A stretch of DNA of 64,000 bases from Candidatus Latescibacterota bacterium (GCA_965219455.1 OZ244744.1:5632001-5696000); one strand, 5' to 3'. Counted from the stretch's first letter, positions 1-11,041 are shown. Numbers and translations are program-made. Notes: generated by a model not told the origin, from the sequence alone.

Positions 1-156
1 GGTCGAGCCACCTCTGGACGGCAGAAGCGGAAGTTCCACTACACGGCCCTGTCCACGGGTAACCAGACCGGATCCGACCGGATTCTCCTGTCTATTGCCG
101 CAGCCTGACAACAGCACCGCAATCAGCATTGTCGTCCAGAGTGGCTGGCGACCCAT
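1..156 (-). CDS. Putative lipoprotein, N-terminal part (runs off the left edge)
   Basis: Manual translation from ATG at 156: MGRQPLWTTMLIAVLLSGCGNRQENPVGSG..., open to position 1. Hydrophobic signal with lipobox LSGC. Not in the ORF track because it is partial. Confidence 0.65.
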   Translation of the reverse strand, partial: MGRQPLWTTMLIAVLLSGCGNRQENPVGSGLVTRGQGRVVELPLLPSRGGST

Positions 157-462
157 ATTTGCGTACCCCGCTATTTGACACTTCCCGAAAAACGCTGTTC
201 TCTTCATCCTGTAACGCTCGATTCAATGAATCGTTCCTGCCCGAATGTTCCCGGTATTCGCTGCCTCGTATATCGGTTCCCGTCCTGATGCGATCGCCTT
301 TGAATCTGGTACCATCGACCTGGATTTCGAAACACCATCCTTGCTGCCGATTCGATAGACGCCGGCCATACCCTCATTATACCTCGAAATCCAGCTCGAA
401 TTGCCGGCGGCACGGCGCATTTTCCTCGCGTACAATCCGTATGATTCCGCCACGACCGGGAA

Positions 463-990
463 TCAATGGATCCGTTCGATCAAAATGTCGGCCTGCTGCT
501 CACCCGAGGCAATCGGATTCTTCACGCACGCACCCTCCATATCCCCGGGTTGTGGGCCTACGTAACCATCCCGGTCGATTTTGGCTACCAAATACATCTC
601 GGGGATCTCCGCGAGCACGATTCCGTCTCCAAACATCGTTGCGACGTCGGCTTGAGTGAGGGTATACTCATACGGAAGCGTGGGCATGGGGATGCGTTTC
701 AGGGCGTACGGCGCGCCTCCGTCGGCCCTCTCTCGCGCAATGATAAACAAATAAGCGCCCCGCGGGATCCTGGAGTACAACTCCCGCTTGACCCGAATGG
801 TGCCGCGTACGGTTTTGTCGCCGCGTTCTTCAGTTGCCCTTCGGTCCGTCGCGACGGGAGGATGCCCCGCCGGCAGGGTGGGACGCTGCGGTTTCGGCGG
901 CGGGTGCGCGCCCTCCCTGTAGTGCTGATCGCAAGCGCAAACAAGCAGCAGCCCTGCCATAGTAATCAGGAAACGTGGGGTAAACATCAT
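463..990 (-). CDS. Exported/lipoprotein with CcmI/CycH C-terminal Ig-like domain
   Basis: Likely start MMFTPRFLITMAGLLLVCAC. LPAGHPPV linker, then VRGTIRV..LFIIAR..GGAPYALKR..LPYEYTLT..LVAKIDRDG..QPGDMEG, which resembles the CycH/CcmI C-terminal domain. Confidence 0.6.
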   Translation of the reverse strand: MMFTPRFLITMAGLLLVCACDQHYREGAHPPPKPQRPTLPAGHPPVATDRRATEERGDKTVRGTIRVKRELYSRIPRGAYLFIIARERADGGAPYALKRIPMPTLPYEYTLTQADVATMFGDGIVLAEIPEMYLVAKIDRDGYVGPQPGDMEGACVKNPIASGEQQADILIERIH

Positions 991-1062
991 ACGTCTATAT
1001 CGTACAAAAAACGGGCCGGACTCGCACAAGCCGGACCGGAGGCGCCCCATGTAAAATTTATT

Positions 1063-1842
1063 TTAATGGGTGCACTCCCCTTCGAAGATTTCCTCTTCGG
1101 TCATGGTCAGAAGCGCCGGTTCGTGATCGGTGACTGCCACGACATGCTCAAAATGCGCCGAAGGCAATCCATCTCTGGCAGACGCTGTCCATCCGTCGTC
1201 GGCGAGTACGACCTCCGGCCTTCCCAGGTTCACCATCGGCTCAATCGCAATTACGATTCCCCGCCGCAGCCGTGGATTCTTTTCCAGTGGCACATAGTTC
1301 GGCACTGCGGGGTCTTCGTGCAGCCTGCGTCCGATACCGTGCCCCACAAACTGGCGTACAACCGAAAAACCGTGCGATTCCACCCACTGCTGGATGGACC
1401 CGCAGACGTCCTCCAACCGTCGGCCTTCCCGCGCCCCTTCGATTCCTCTAAACAGAGACTCCCGCGTTACCGTTAGCAACTTCCGAACCTCGGGTGTCAC
1501 TTCGCCTACGGCAAATGAGATCGCCTGGTCTCCGTAATATCCCCTTAACCTGGCGCCTATATCGATGCCGACGAGATCTCCTTCACGCAGTTCCCGGTCT
1601 CCGGGGATCCCATGCACGACCTGTTCGTTGATCGAGATACAGGTGGCCGCAGGATACCCCTGGTATCCCTTAAAGGCCGGAGAAGCGCCGTGGTCGCGAA
1701 TCATTTCCTCCGCGATGCCATCCAGTCTGGACGTTGGGATTCCAGGTCGAACCCACTCCCGAAGGGCCCGATGCGCAAGCCCGACAATTCGACAGGCGTC
1801 CCGGATTCTCTCAAGTTCCCGTTCCGAGCGAAGCGCGATCAA
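1063..1842 (-). CDS. map: Type I methionine aminopeptidase
   Basis: CISINEQVVHGIP, DIG...YYGD, GHGIG..LHEDP, AIEPM and SAHFEH metal-ligand motifs. Confidence 0.97.
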   Translation of the reverse strand: MIALRSERELERIRDACRIVGLAHRALREWVRPGIPTSRLDGIAEEMIRDHGASPAFKGYQGYPAATCISINEQVVHGIPGDRELREGDLVGIDIGARLRGYYGDQAISFAVGEVTPEVRKLLTVTRESLFRGIEGAREGRRLEDVCGSIQQWVESHGFSVVRQFVGHGIGRRLHEDPAVPNYVPLEKNPRLRRGIVIAIEPMVNLGRPEVVLADDGWTASARDGLPSAHFEHVVAVTDHEPALLTMTEEEIFEGECTH

Positions 1843-1963
1843 TCTGTCACCTGTAACCGACGTGGACGCAGGTAGTGGATCACGTGATGTAATTTAACAA
1901 AAGGTAGTATAAAAACAAGCACTAAAGGGTACCCATGCGGATGGGCTGTTTCCGACGTGACGA

Positions 1964-4396
1964 TCATGGAAGGCCGAAATAAGCCGCAAATATGAGGAAG
2001 TCATGGAAGTCGACAAGACCTGAACCGTCCAGATCGAATTTCGGGCTCTCCGTGCCAAACGCCCCGGCGAAGGCGATGAAATCAGCAAAATTGACGGCGC
2101 CGTCGTTGTTGAAATCTCCCCTCAATGTCTTGCTAACCGTCCATTTCCGTTCCACCGACTCCTGCCCTGCGGACACGAGGACGGCAACCTCTTCGTCAGC
2201 TTGGGTGTTGGAAACCGCCACGACGAGAGCAGGACCCTTCTCATCCACGGCAACGCCGTTAACCGCCCAGGCGTAACTCAACACATCCCCGTCCGGGTCC
2301 TGAGCCTCCACCGAAAACCGTATCGTCTCCCCCGGCGCGCCAAATACCAGCCGGCGAGGTGGATCGACTTCCCGAATCTCCGGCGGGCGGTCGACGTTCG
2401 TCACGCGAATGCTCACCCTGATGCGTACCAGGTTCATACCGTCGCCGACATGGAATTGAATCTCGTAAGTCCGGTCGCCCTGATCGTATCGAGGTGTCCA
2501 GGAGAAGTGGTTCAGATCCAACTTCGCCCCGGCCGGGAGGTTTGCAGCCGAAAAAACAAGATCGTCGCCATCTTCGTCTTCCGCATTTATGAAAATCGCC
2601 AGTGGCTGCCCTTCTCCTATTGTGGTATCGGCAATGCCGGCGACCACCGGCGGCCGGTTCCCGGTTACAGTCGGACCAAAGACCACCCAGGCGATCGAAG
2701 GCGTCGTGCCTGTCGCCGTGGCGGATACCTCCACAACCGTCGTGCCGTCTCCAACCGCCAGGATTTCGATCGAATCCGCATCCGTTGTAAAGGATGAGAG
2801 GTCGACGTGCCCCGGCACGGTGACCTCCCTATCGCCGTTTGTACGCCTGACTGTCCAGGTGACCGCTGCACCTGCAGCCCCGCCGGCTCGCACCTTCGCC
2901 CGGTCTGCAAATGCAGGGAGGCGCACAACGGGAACCGTTGTGTCGCTTACCTTAAGCCTCAGCGGTCTGGTTTTTCCATCCACCGATTCAACTGTCGATA
3001 TCCTGTAGTCGTAGTCGAAATCCTGACCTTCCAGTGCGTCTGATATGGGCAAGAACACGATATTATCGTAATCCCCCGCATCCGGGATCTCCACCCGGGA
3101 ACCCGCAGGGCGCAAGAGGCCAACCCCATCGGTATCGATCAGCATTGCCCAGAACTGCCAGCCTCCCGCGCCGGCCAGGGTAAAATCGGCTCGCAGGCCG
3201 CCCCGCAGACCCTTCGTCACCACCTGAATGTAGTCCGAAGCCAGGTGATCCACCGTCCCCGACCCGGAAACCTGCCCGCCCACTGTTGGCGCGATTGTCC
3301 TGACCGACGCCGCGGGCTGATAAAAAACGCCCTCTTCGTAAAACCCGTCCCGATAGCGGTTTCCCGTGAAATAGTTCCACGTGACATAACCGGGCAGCGT
3401 CCCCGAAAAACCGCCGGTTGGCATGGCCGGATCCAGTTTCTCGATATCGTACGATACGGAATTTCGCTCCCCCAGTCCCTCCCACGTCTCCCGGATGGTG
3501 CTTCTACCAAAGGCCTGATCCAGGTAATGGACGTACACACACGCTCCGTACTGATGCCCGTCTTGCAAGCCGGGCTGCGAGTCGAGGGAAACGGCGGGCG
3601 CATCCAGAACGAACCGGGTGTACTGGAAATAATCGTTCACATCGTCGTAAGCCACGTCTTCCATCCAGGTCGCCGTGGCTTCGTGCCACCAAGTCAAACT
3701 TTGTGCGTTATAGGCGAATTGTATGGCATGGAAAAACTCGTGCGCGACGGTCACGTGAAGTCCATCCAGCCCGCGCGTCGCATAAATTGGATCGGTGTAG
3801 TTGTTGTCGACAGTCAGATATGCCGCCGTCACGGGATCGCCCCAATTCTCGGGCCAGGTCTGCCCGTACACGCCCTCCGTGCCCAGTTGCCGGATGTAGA
3901 CATCGAACAGACCGTCGCCGTCATCCAGCGGAACCCGGTACCCGAGGTTGTCGATCTGCAGCGCCCAGGCGGCATCGAACGTGCTCGCCACCCCCTCCAC
4001 ATAGTCCGGAACCTGATTCCGGTCGGCGTCAACCAGGGAGACGGCATGCCGTCCTCTTGTATCGTAGTGGACGCGGAAATATTCGCCGGCAGAGACCATG
4101 CTGTCGGTCATCGTGGGCCGTTGAAACAAATGCGCGAACGCTTGATGCGTCTTCTTGCTCAACCTGGGCCACTGGGTGGCCAGCGCCATGATTACGGGTG
4201 TCCCGCAAACCGCGCGATTGTGGCGATAGGCACTGTCCGAGGGCAGTAAATCCGGCCTAAAAATCGCGGCCGCCCGGTTGAAGAGTTCGATCTCCAATTC
4301 GCGCGGCATCGGAGACAAATCGGGCGGCGTCTCGGCATATGCCGCGACCCCGCCCATGAGGATTGAAAGTATGTAGAAACGAGTTGCCCAAGTCAT
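1964..4396 (-). CDS. Secreted zinc metalloprotease (MXAN_6640-like) with Ig/cadherin-like domains and a C-terminal EF-hand-pair/dockerin-like module
   Basis: Signal peptide; HEFFHAIQ plus WWHEATATWME zinc motif; NRPPV..DEDGD and DRPPE..DPDGD Ig-like repeats; C-terminal GDFNNDGAVNFADF..FDLDGSGLVDFHDF. Confidence 0.8.
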   Translation of the reverse strand: MTWATRFYILSILMGGVAAYAETPPDLSPMPRELEIELFNRAAAIFRPDLLPSDSAYRHNRAVCGTPVIMALATQWPRLSKKTHQAFAHLFQRPTMTDSMVSAGEYFRVHYDTRGRHAVSLVDADRNQVPDYVEGVASTFDAAWALQIDNLGYRVPLDDGDGLFDVYIRQLGTEGVYGQTWPENWGDPVTAAYLTVDNNYTDPIYATRGLDGLHVTVAHEFFHAIQFAYNAQSLTWWHEATATWMEDVAYDDVNDYFQYTRFVLDAPAVSLDSQPGLQDGHQYGACVYVHYLDQAFGRSTIRETWEGLGERNSVSYDIEKLDPAMPTGGFSGTLPGYVTWNYFTGNRYRDGFYEEGVFYQPAASVRTIAPTVGGQVSGSGTVDHLASDYIQVVTKGLRGGLRADFTLAGAGGWQFWAMLIDTDGVGLLRPAGSRVEIPDAGDYDNIVFLPISDALEGQDFDYDYRISTVESVDGKTRPLRLKVSDTTVPVVRLPAFADRAKVRAGGAAGAAVTWTVRRTNGDREVTVPGHVDLSSFTTDADSIEILAVGDGTTVVEVSATATGTTPSIAWVVFGPTVTGNRPPVVAGIADTTIGEGQPLAIFINAEDEDGDDLVFSAANLPAGAKLDLNHFSWTPRYDQGDRTYEIQFHVGDGMNLVRIRVSIRVTNVDRPPEIREVDPPRRLVFGAPGETIRFSVEAQDPDGDVLSYAWAVNGVAVDEKGPALVVAVSNTQADEEVAVLVSAGQESVERKWTVSKTLRGDFNNDGAVNFADFIAFAGAFGTESPKFDLDGSGLVDFHDFLIFAAYFGLP

Positions 4397-4458
4397 CGGG
4401 AATTCGCCCTATGCCCACCGGCACATGGCGGCCCGGCGATGGCGCTGCAACGGCGGAA

Positions 4459-5136
4459 TCAGTTACCTTGTTCCGTGACGGTCACGTAAATACTATCCGA
4501 CACGTTGACGCCCACCACGTGTTGCGCATTTCCTTCCATTGCAATGGTCACCGGGCCGTTAAACGGCGCCTTCTCCTGAACAACCAGTGTCACGCCCGGC
4601 CGTAATCCCAATGCGCCCAAATACCTGAGCATCTCCGGGCTCTGGTCGTTCACCTGAGCGATCACCACCGTCTCCCCGGGCTTCACCTGGGTCAGGCGCA
4701 CGCAATCCGTATTCTCTATATTTCCATCTTTCGTTGGAATCGGCGCGCCGTGCGGGTCGGTGGTGGGATGTCCCAGCACTCTGTCGATCTTGTCCTCGAA
4801 TTCTTCCGAAATAACGTGCTCCAGTCTGTCTGCCTCAGCGTCGACTTCATCCCAGTCGTAGCCCAGTGCGTCAGCGAGGTACAGTTCGAGCAGTCGGTGA
4901 TGTCTTAAGACTTCCAGGGCAACGGCTTCTCCCGCCGGCGTGAGTTCGACGCCCTGGTATGGCGTGTGCTGAACCAGGTTCATTTCGGCAAGCTTCTTGA
5001 TCATATTTGTCGCCGAAGCTGCTGCCACCTCCATCCGCTCCGCAACCAGCGATGTATTCACGGTGGACCGGGGTTCATGCCCGTGCTGCAGCTTGTAGAT
5101 GGACTTCAGATAGTCCTGCGCGGCCTGACTAAGCAT
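4459..5136 (-). CDS. DtxR/MntR family metal-dependent transcriptional regulator with C-terminal FeoA domain
   Basis: MLSQAAQDYLKSIY, RHHRLLELYL, EADRLEH, DPHGAPIP, C-terminal SH3/FeoA-like domain. Start moved to ATG 5136, which has a GAAAGG RBS. Confidence 0.92.
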   Translation of the reverse strand: MLSQAAQDYLKSIYKLQHGHEPRSTVNTSLVAERMEVAAASATNMIKKLAEMNLVQHTPYQGVELTPAGEAVALEVLRHHRLLELYLADALGYDWDEVDAEADRLEHVISEEFEDKIDRVLGHPTTDPHGAPIPTKDGNIENTDCVRLTQVKPGETVVIAQVNDQSPEMLRYLGALGLRPGVTLVVQEKAPFNGPVTIAMEGNAQHVVGVNVSDSIYVTVTEQGN

Positions 5137-5246
5137 GGTTTTCCTTTCGCTGGTGATCCTGCGCTGATACCGGGAATCGGGTGGCAACACCGGCATCGAT
5201 GTCGAAGAACCACTTTAAGAAAAAACAACCGAGGCCTGAACTTGCC

Positions 5247-6683
5247 TCACCCGGATACCAACCGCCAAATCTGTGCCACGAGAAAACAGAGCAGGAAACC
5301 CATTGCGACGGGAAGAAGGGACGAAACGGACGTCCACTTCGCGCTTCTCGTTTCCTTCCAGATCGTATATATCGTGGTTGAACACGGGTTATGCACCAGA
5401 CTGAACAGCATTAAATTGACCGCGGTGAGCAGATTCCAGCCGCCGGACGCGAAGATCTGGGCTACGGCCGCATCTGAATCCAGTTCAAACATGACGCCGG
5501 CGCCTTCACCCAGCCCGATCAATCCGGCGCTCAATACCGTCAACATTAAAATGGTGGGGATCACGATTTCGTTCGCCGGGATTGCAATTACGTAGGCCAG
5601 CAGAATCACGCCGTTCAGTCCGACAAGCAGACCAAAAGGCTGGCTCCAGTCCATAAAATGCTCCGCCAGGCTGAGCCGGCCAATCAGGATATTGGTACTC
5701 AGCCAGATCACCGCGCCAGCGGGAACCGCAAAGATCACGGCGCGCCAGAGCACAATCAGCGTTCTGTCGATGATGGATGTATAAACGGTCTGTAACACGC
5801 GGGGCGGCCGATACGGCGGCAGTTCCAGGCTGAACGCGGATGCTTCTCCACGCAGAACCGTACGGGAGAGCCCCCACGAGACAACAAAGGAGAGCAGTAT
5901 GCCAAGAACCGCGACACCCACGACTGCTCCGGCCGAAACCAAACCCGCGAAATGAGCAGGCGCCAGACCTCCGATAAATATCGTGGCCACCAGTATCTGC
6001 GTGGGCCACCGTCCGTTGCAGAGAGCGAAGTTATTGGTAATAATTGCAATCAGGCGTTCTCGCGGACTATCGATGACCCGGGTGGACACAATTGCCGCCG
6101 CATTGCAACCGAATCCCATACTCATCGTCAACGCCTGTTTTCCATGGGCCCCCGCCTTCTTGAACCACTGGTCCAGATTGAACGCCACCCTGGGTAGATA
6201 GCCGAAATCCTCAAGCAGTGTAAACAACGGAAAAAAAATCGCCATGGGCGGCAACATCACACTGACCACCCATGCCATCGCCAGGTACATGCCGTCTATC
6301 AGAAGCCCGTCGAGCCACCACGGCATTCCAATTGCCGCGGCCATCGATTTCAACATCGGGTGAACGGAATCTATCAGCAGGCCCGCCAGCATCGCGGAAG
6401 GCACATTGGCGCCCTCAATGGTAAGCCAGAACACCAGTGTCAGGATTGCCAACATGATGGGGAAACCCAGCCAGCGGCTGGTTACGAGGCGGTCGATCGT
6501 CCGGTCCAGATCGAACCGGGCCGCGTCCCCGGTCCGGGTGACGGCACGGTCGGCAATCTGGGACGCGTTGGCATAGATCGTTTCCATTAACGAATCATGG
6601 AAATTGGACCCCACCTCCCATCGCAGTTTTGTGGCCAATCGAATCAACTCCTCCGGGCGTTGATTTGCCGTGGGATCGTTCAT
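5247..6683 (-). CDS. FeoB-type transporter, membrane (Gate) half of a split FeoB
   Basis: [38 protein letters not shown] and NPCSTT motifs. ATG at 6683 overlaps the upstream TGA (ATGA). Confidence 0.9.
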   Translation of the reverse strand: MNDPTANQRPEELIRLATKLRWEVGSNFHDSLMETIYANASQIADRAVTRTGDAARFDLDRTIDRLVTSRWLGFPIMLAILTLVFWLTIEGANVPSAMLAGLLIDSVHPMLKSMAAAIGMPWWLDGLLIDGMYLAMAWVVSVMLPPMAIFFPLFTLLEDFGYLPRVAFNLDQWFKKAGAHGKQALTMSMGFGCNAAAIVSTRVIDSPRERLIAIITNNFALCNGRWPTQILVATIFIGGLAPAHFAGLVSAGAVVGVAVLGILLSFVVSWGLSRTVLRGEASAFSLELPPYRPPRVLQTVYTSIIDRTLIVLWRAVIFAVPAGAVIWLSTNILIGRLSLAEHFMDWSQPFGLLVGLNGVILLAYVIAIPANEIVIPTILMLTVLSAGLIGLGEGAGVMFELDSDAAVAQIFASGGWNLLTAVNLMLFSLVHNPCSTTIYTIWKETRSAKWTSVSSLLPVAMGFLLCFLVAQIWRLVSG

Positions 6684-7489
6684 GCAATCATCTCCTCTTC
6701 CTGCGCCGGGATTCGGTTCAGATCCCCCAGTTCTCCCGAACACACCGCCTCTACAATTCGCGTGTCGCCTTCGAGCAGCCGAAGCGCCACCCACCGGGCA
6801 TTCGGTACGTTGGGAAATGCCGCCTCCAGCTGCGCAACGAGCTTGCCAACGGCCTGCTTCAACGCCGGCGGCTCGTTGCGGATGCGCTGCGGCCTGCAGA
6901 CCGTGCGGCCGGTAGCCACATCACTCAAAACCCGCGTCAACTCCGGAATGCCCTCCCCGCGACGGGCCGCCGCAGGTACCACGGGAACGCCAAGATCTCG
7001 TGCCAGTCGTCGTTCGTCCACAGAAAGCCCATAACGTTTGGCCTCGTCCATCAGATTCAGACACACCACCGCCCGGTCGGTTATTTCCAGTACCTGCAGG
7101 ACGAGGTTCAGATTCCGCTCCAGACGCGCAGCGTCCACCACGACCACCGTGACGTCGGGCCGTCCGAAAAGGATAAAATCCCGCGCCACTTCTTCGTCCA
7201 GACTGGTGGACAAGAGAGAATAGGTTCCGGGAAGATCCATGAGCTTATACCGGTGGCCGTCGAATTCGAATCCGCCTTCCGCCCGCACCACCGTCTTGCC
7301 GGGCCAGTTACCGGTATGCTGCCGTAATCCCGTCAGGGCATTGAATACCGTACTTTTCCCTGTATTCGGATTTCCGGCCAGCGCCACCACAAAATCCCAA
7401 TTCGCCATATTCACGCCGAGTTTGATCAGGTTGCCCGAATGATGGGCAGGGCAAGCGTCGCAGCCTCCGGCAGATGTCTGTGTTTCCAT
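6680..7489 (-). CDS. FeoB small GTPase domain protein (N-terminal half of split FeoB)
   Basis: GNPNTGKS (G1), GNWPGKTV (G2), DLPG (G3), NLMD (G4). Start [17 protein letters not shown] at 7489 with a GGAGG RBS. Confidence 0.9.
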   Translation of the reverse strand: METQTSAGGCDACPAHHSGNLIKLGVNMANWDFVVALAGNPNTGKSTVFNALTGLRQHTGNWPGKTVVRAEGGFEFDGHRYKLMDLPGTYSLLSTSLDEEVARDFILFGRPDVTVVVVDAARLERNLNLVLQVLEITDRAVVCLNLMDEAKRYGLSVDERRLARDLGVPVVPAAARRGEGIPELTRVLSDVATGRTVCRPQRIRNEPPALKQAVGKLVAQLEAAFPNVPNARWVALRLLEGDTRIVEAVCSGELGDLNRIPAQEEEMIA

Positions 7490-7542
7490 TTTAAACGCCT
7501 CCTCCCTATCCTGTATGTTCGAGAACTGAAGATGACGGCCCC

Positions 7543-8568
7543 TCACTCCCCGAGTTGAACTTGAATCTGTACGTGACTTGCCTGTTCCTTTCGAAGCGCA
7601 ATGGTGGAGCCGCGTATTCGATATGCAGTGGGATCGCCGGAAGGGCTGCGCATCTCTACCTCGACCAGGGTACCCGGAAGGATACCCAGATCCATCAGCC
7701 GGCGCCGCTCCAGCCCGCGGCAGGATCTGGAGAGTTGCACGACCTGGCCAATTTCGCCCTGTTTGAGGCCGGACAGCAGTTCGTCGGACGCTTCGCCCTC
7801 CGCTCCGTCCGATACCGCCGTGACCGAAATATGGTCGGCCAGCAACGGGGCCAGTACATGTTCCTCTCCATCCGCCCAGAAACGCACGCGCTGAGGCAGG
7901 ACCTCGATCAGCTCGATCCGCATCCCCACGTGCAGACCTTCCGCCGCCAACTGCGCATAAACCGGTTCCGGTTCGTCTTCGATATGCACAATCACCGCGG
8001 CAACTCCAACAGTGTGTTCTGTCAGATGCGTTCCCCGGTTGGGAGCGATATCTCCGGCCTCGGTGGGAATCGGATCCCCGTGCGGGTCGTAAACGGGATA
8101 CCCCATCTGCCGGTCCAGCAGTTCGACTTCCTCGGAAGACATATCGTGCTCCCGACGTTCCGCCTCGCTGTGCCATTCCGCCTCCGCCACCCCGGTCTCT
8201 TCCGCCAGATAGTGTTCCCAAAGCCGGTGAAATCGCAGTATGCGAAGCGCATAATCCCGACCCTTCGTTGTAAGCCTGACACTGCCGCCGTCGGAAGCGG
8301 TCAGTCCACGGGCGCCCGCACGTATCAGCAAGTCAGACGCGCGGCTGCGTGGAATCCCCAGCACACCCGACAGGCTCTCCACCGTTGCGATCTGTTGTTG
8401 ATATGCGCAGTTATAGATATGCTTGAGCAAATCTTCCGTAAGTACGCGCTCGGTCAGTCGTCGGGCCTGCCGCCAGCACCAGAAATAACCCGAGTCCGGC
8501 CTGAACAGAAACCACGCAATTGCCAGAACGACGCCTGCGCCCAGCAGCGCCTGAAGGGGTTCAATCAT
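7543..8568 (-). CDS. Membrane-anchored DtxR-like metal-binding protein with two FeoA domains
   Basis: N-terminal TM helix (LLGAGVVLAIAWFLF), EDLLKHIY, RFHRLWEHYL, AERREH, DPHGDPIP, then two FeoA domains (second: RRLMDLGILPG..SPSGDPTAYRIRG..IALR). Confidence 0.85.
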   Translation of the reverse strand: MIEPLQALLGAGVVLAIAWFLFRPDSGYFWCWRQARRLTERVLTEDLLKHIYNCAYQQQIATVESLSGVLGIPRSRASDLLIRAGARGLTASDGGSVRLTTKGRDYALRILRFHRLWEHYLAEETGVAEAEWHSEAERREHDMSSEEVELLDRQMGYPVYDPHGDPIPTEAGDIAPNRGTHLTEHTVGVAAVIVHIEDEPEPVYAQLAAEGLHVGMRIELIEVLPQRVRFWADGEEHVLAPLLADHISVTAVSDGAEGEASDELLSGLKQGEIGQVVQLSRSCRGLERRRLMDLGILPGTLVEVEMRSPSGDPTAYRIRGSTIALRKEQASHVQIQVQLGE

Positions 8569-8612
8569 TCCATTTTCCTCTTACCGCGAATTATTTTATA
8601 GATATAAAAAAT

Positions 8613-8657
8613 TATTTAGCTGCGTCTAAATATAAGACAATAAATCGCCGTTGTCAA
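8613..8657 (-). promoter_or_regulatory. Sigma70 promoter overlapped by a DtxR/SirR-type operator
   Basis: Minus-strand TTGACA (8657-8652), 17 nt, TATATT (8634-8629). Perfect inverted repeat TATTTAG-N6-CTAAATA (8613-8632) matches the TTAG-N6-CTAA form of staphylococcal SirR boxes. Confidence 0.75.
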
Positions 8658-8787
8658 GAAACAACGTCTCTGGCAGGGCCGGTGGGTTGGATTGACTTTG
8701 TACGCCGTTTTCAAAAAAACAGCGCCCGACGTACCGGAGCCGGGCGACTTCCTCAAGTAATACGGCATGAATTTTGAACGACGCCTT

Positions 8788-9270
8788 CTACCCTTCCCGA
8801 TCCACTGTTTCCTTCTCGTATTCCCGTTCGCCGAAGAACCGCAGCATTTTCATGAACCGATCGGGCGGCTGAAATCCCGGCAGCTTGTATAGCAGCGTTC
8901 CGTCCGGTTCCAGGAACAGCACCGTGGGAAACGCACTTACGTTATAAACCCGCGCCAGTTCCGCGTAACTCAGGTCGTGACCGATAAACGTCAATCGCGA
9001 CCCGGTATCTTCGGCATTCAGCTTGATGGGTATGAATTTCGATGCCAGGTACTTGCGGATTTCCTGCCTTGAAAACACCTGCCGGTCCTGCTGTTCGCAC
9101 CACCCGCACCACGTGGTATAGACGCCAATCATAATCAGCTTCTCTCCACCCGCCGCCTTCTGCATCCCATCTCTGGCGTTGTACCACCTGAATGAATCTT
9201 CCTGTTTCGCCACCGCGAGTCCGGCAAACAGGAACAGACACCATACACTCAATTGGAAGATTCGTATCAT
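8788..9270 (-). CDS. Exported thioredoxin-fold protein (SoxW-like)
   Basis: Signal peptide, WCGWC active site, FPTVLF cis-Pro loop. Confidence 0.85.
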   Translation of the reverse strand: MIRIFQLSVWCLFLFAGLAVAKQEDSFRWYNARDGMQKAAGGEKLIMIGVYTTWCGWCEQQDRQVFSRQEIRKYLASKFIPIKLNAEDTGSRLTFIGHDLSYAELARVYNVSAFPTVLFLEPDGTLLYKLPGFQPPDRFMKMLRFFGEREYEKETVDREG

Positions 9271-9599
9271 ACCGCGAACTCCGGCGGTCGGGCTAAAGCG
9301 GGCCGGCGAGAATCCTTTCCGTGAATTCGATTCCTGCGCATTTGTCAATGGCCGTCAAGTTACGTGATTCGTGTTCCCGGGGCAACCTCGAATTTTCCCG
9401 CGCCGCCGGCTGGCAGGACTAAAAAAGACGTTGCGTACACTCGACAATGGGTAGATATTTCCTTAAAGCCGCCGGTTCGCCCCACCCGGAGCCGGCCACG
9501 TGCAGTTACCGGCTGTCTCGGTCGCCGAAGAGCGATTCTTCCGAGTCCGGCGGAAGGGAGTGAACGCGACGCATACCTTAACAGCCCGAGGTAACGCCT

Positions 9600-10706
9600 A
9601 TGAAACAGATCAAGTCCGGCATCTTCATCATGCCGTTCCATCCGCCTGGCAAAACGCTCAGCCAGTGCCATGATGAAGACATGGAGCTTGTTATTCGCGC
9701 CGACGATCTGGGTATCGACGAATTCTGGATCGGCGAGCATCACACCATGGTCTACGAGAACATCGCGATGCCCGAGATATTCATTGGGGCGGCCTTGCGC
9801 GAAACCAGAGATATCCGGCTGGGTCCCGCGCCCGTGTGTCTTCAGCAACACCACCCGGCGCTTGTCGCAAGCCGGTTGTCTTTCCTCGATCATCTGTCCA
9901 AGGGACGGCTCAACCTCTGCTTCGGACCCGGGAGCGTGCCGACCGATCTGGAGATCCTCGGTGTCGACCCGCGGGACAGCGCAGCGATGGTCGCCGAGTC
10001 AATCGAGATGATTCTGACGCTCTGGTTGACTGACCCGCCTTACGATATCAAGGGCCGATTCTGGCAGATCCGTATGGATCGAACCATCGACCCGGAGGTT
10101 GGCCTCGGGGTCATCCACAAGCCTTTCCAACGACCTCATCCGCCCGTCTCGATGCCTATCACCTCGATGAACTCGGCAACGGCCCGGGAGGCGGGCAGGC
10201 GCGGCTTCCAACCGTTCGGCCATAGCCTGATTCCGTCGAACCTGTTGGCAAACATATGGACAACCTACGAGCAGGCTGCCATCGAGGCGGGCCGCCTGCC
10301 CGACCGGTCGGACTACAAGATCGCACGGGCGATTTTCCTGGCCGACACCACCGAAGAGGCGGTCAGGCGCGCACGGTCAAACACGGTTGCGGCCAACTTC
10401 GAATACATCGGTACCCTGCTCAAACGCGGTGGCCGCGGCATCGGCATGTTTAAACGCGACCCGAATATGCCCGACGCGGATTGCGACCTGGATTACCTGA
10501 TGGGTGAACAGATCATCGCCGGAGACGTGGACACGGTGCTGGAACGTCTCGAGTCAATCAGGGCGGAAGTGGGTGACTTCGGCACGCTCGTCATGATGTC
10601 GTACGATTGGGACGACAAAGATAGCTGGTTGCGCAGCCTGGAACTCTTCGCGACAGAATTGATGCCGGCATTGAACCCGGTGCAGCCCACCGAGCAGGTG
10701 GCTTGA
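9600..10706 (+). CDS. LLM-class flavin-dependent oxidoreductase (luciferase-like monooxygenase)
   Basis: MPFHPP, ADDLGIDEFWIGEHH, HHPALVA..LDHLSKGR, SLELFATELMP. Confidence 0.92.
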   Translation: MKQIKSGIFIMPFHPPGKTLSQCHDEDMELVIRADDLGIDEFWIGEHHTMVYENIAMPEIFIGAALRETRDIRLGPAPVCLQQHHPALVASRLSFLDHLSKGRLNLCFGPGSVPTDLEILGVDPRDSAAMVAESIEMILTLWLTDPPYDIKGRFWQIRMDRTIDPEVGLGVIHKPFQRPHPPVSMPITSMNSATAREAGRRGFQPFGHSLIPSNLLANIWTTYEQAAIEAGRLPDRSDYKIARAIFLADTTEEAVRRARSNTVAANFEYIGTLLKRGGRGIGMFKRDPNMPDADCDLDYLMGEQIIAGDVDTVLERLESIRAEVGDFGTLVMMSYDWDDKDSWLRSLELFATELMPALNPVQPTEQVA

Positions 10707-11041
10707 TTTTCACAATCCCGACCGATGGGACGGTATGGAACCGGTGCAAGGCATTCAAACCGACTCCTCAAAGCAATGCCCGACCGGCCAGACTGCGTGA
10801 TCGAGACATAACAGCCCGTTGAGAAAGTCCATCCGGTCTGCGGCCAGCTCTTGTGGCCGAATTACTGCGTTGCGCTCCCTCCCCGAATCCCCCGATTCGG
10901 CTCGGTCTCGCGCCTTGTCTTCGGTCACAATGGCCCGGCCTCGCCTGCAGAGCAACTTTTTCAACGGACTGATAATGAAAAGGCGATGCCGGGGAACGGC
11001 GTCGCCTCGTCTGATCCACATTGATTTTTCAGGCCGGCAGC

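Noticed and set aside
129-460. Overlapping short ORFs on both strands
   Set aside because: No recognisable motifs; probably intergenic DNA between the two lipoprotein genes.
6680-8221. 513-aa ORF as annotated in the track
   Set aside because: The upstream extension overlaps the DtxR-FeoA gene; the real start is ATG 7489 with an RBS.
9364-9599. Possible ncRNA or riboswitch upstream of the LLM gene
   Set aside because: No motif of a known RNA family recognised; hairpins are expected by chance at this GC content.
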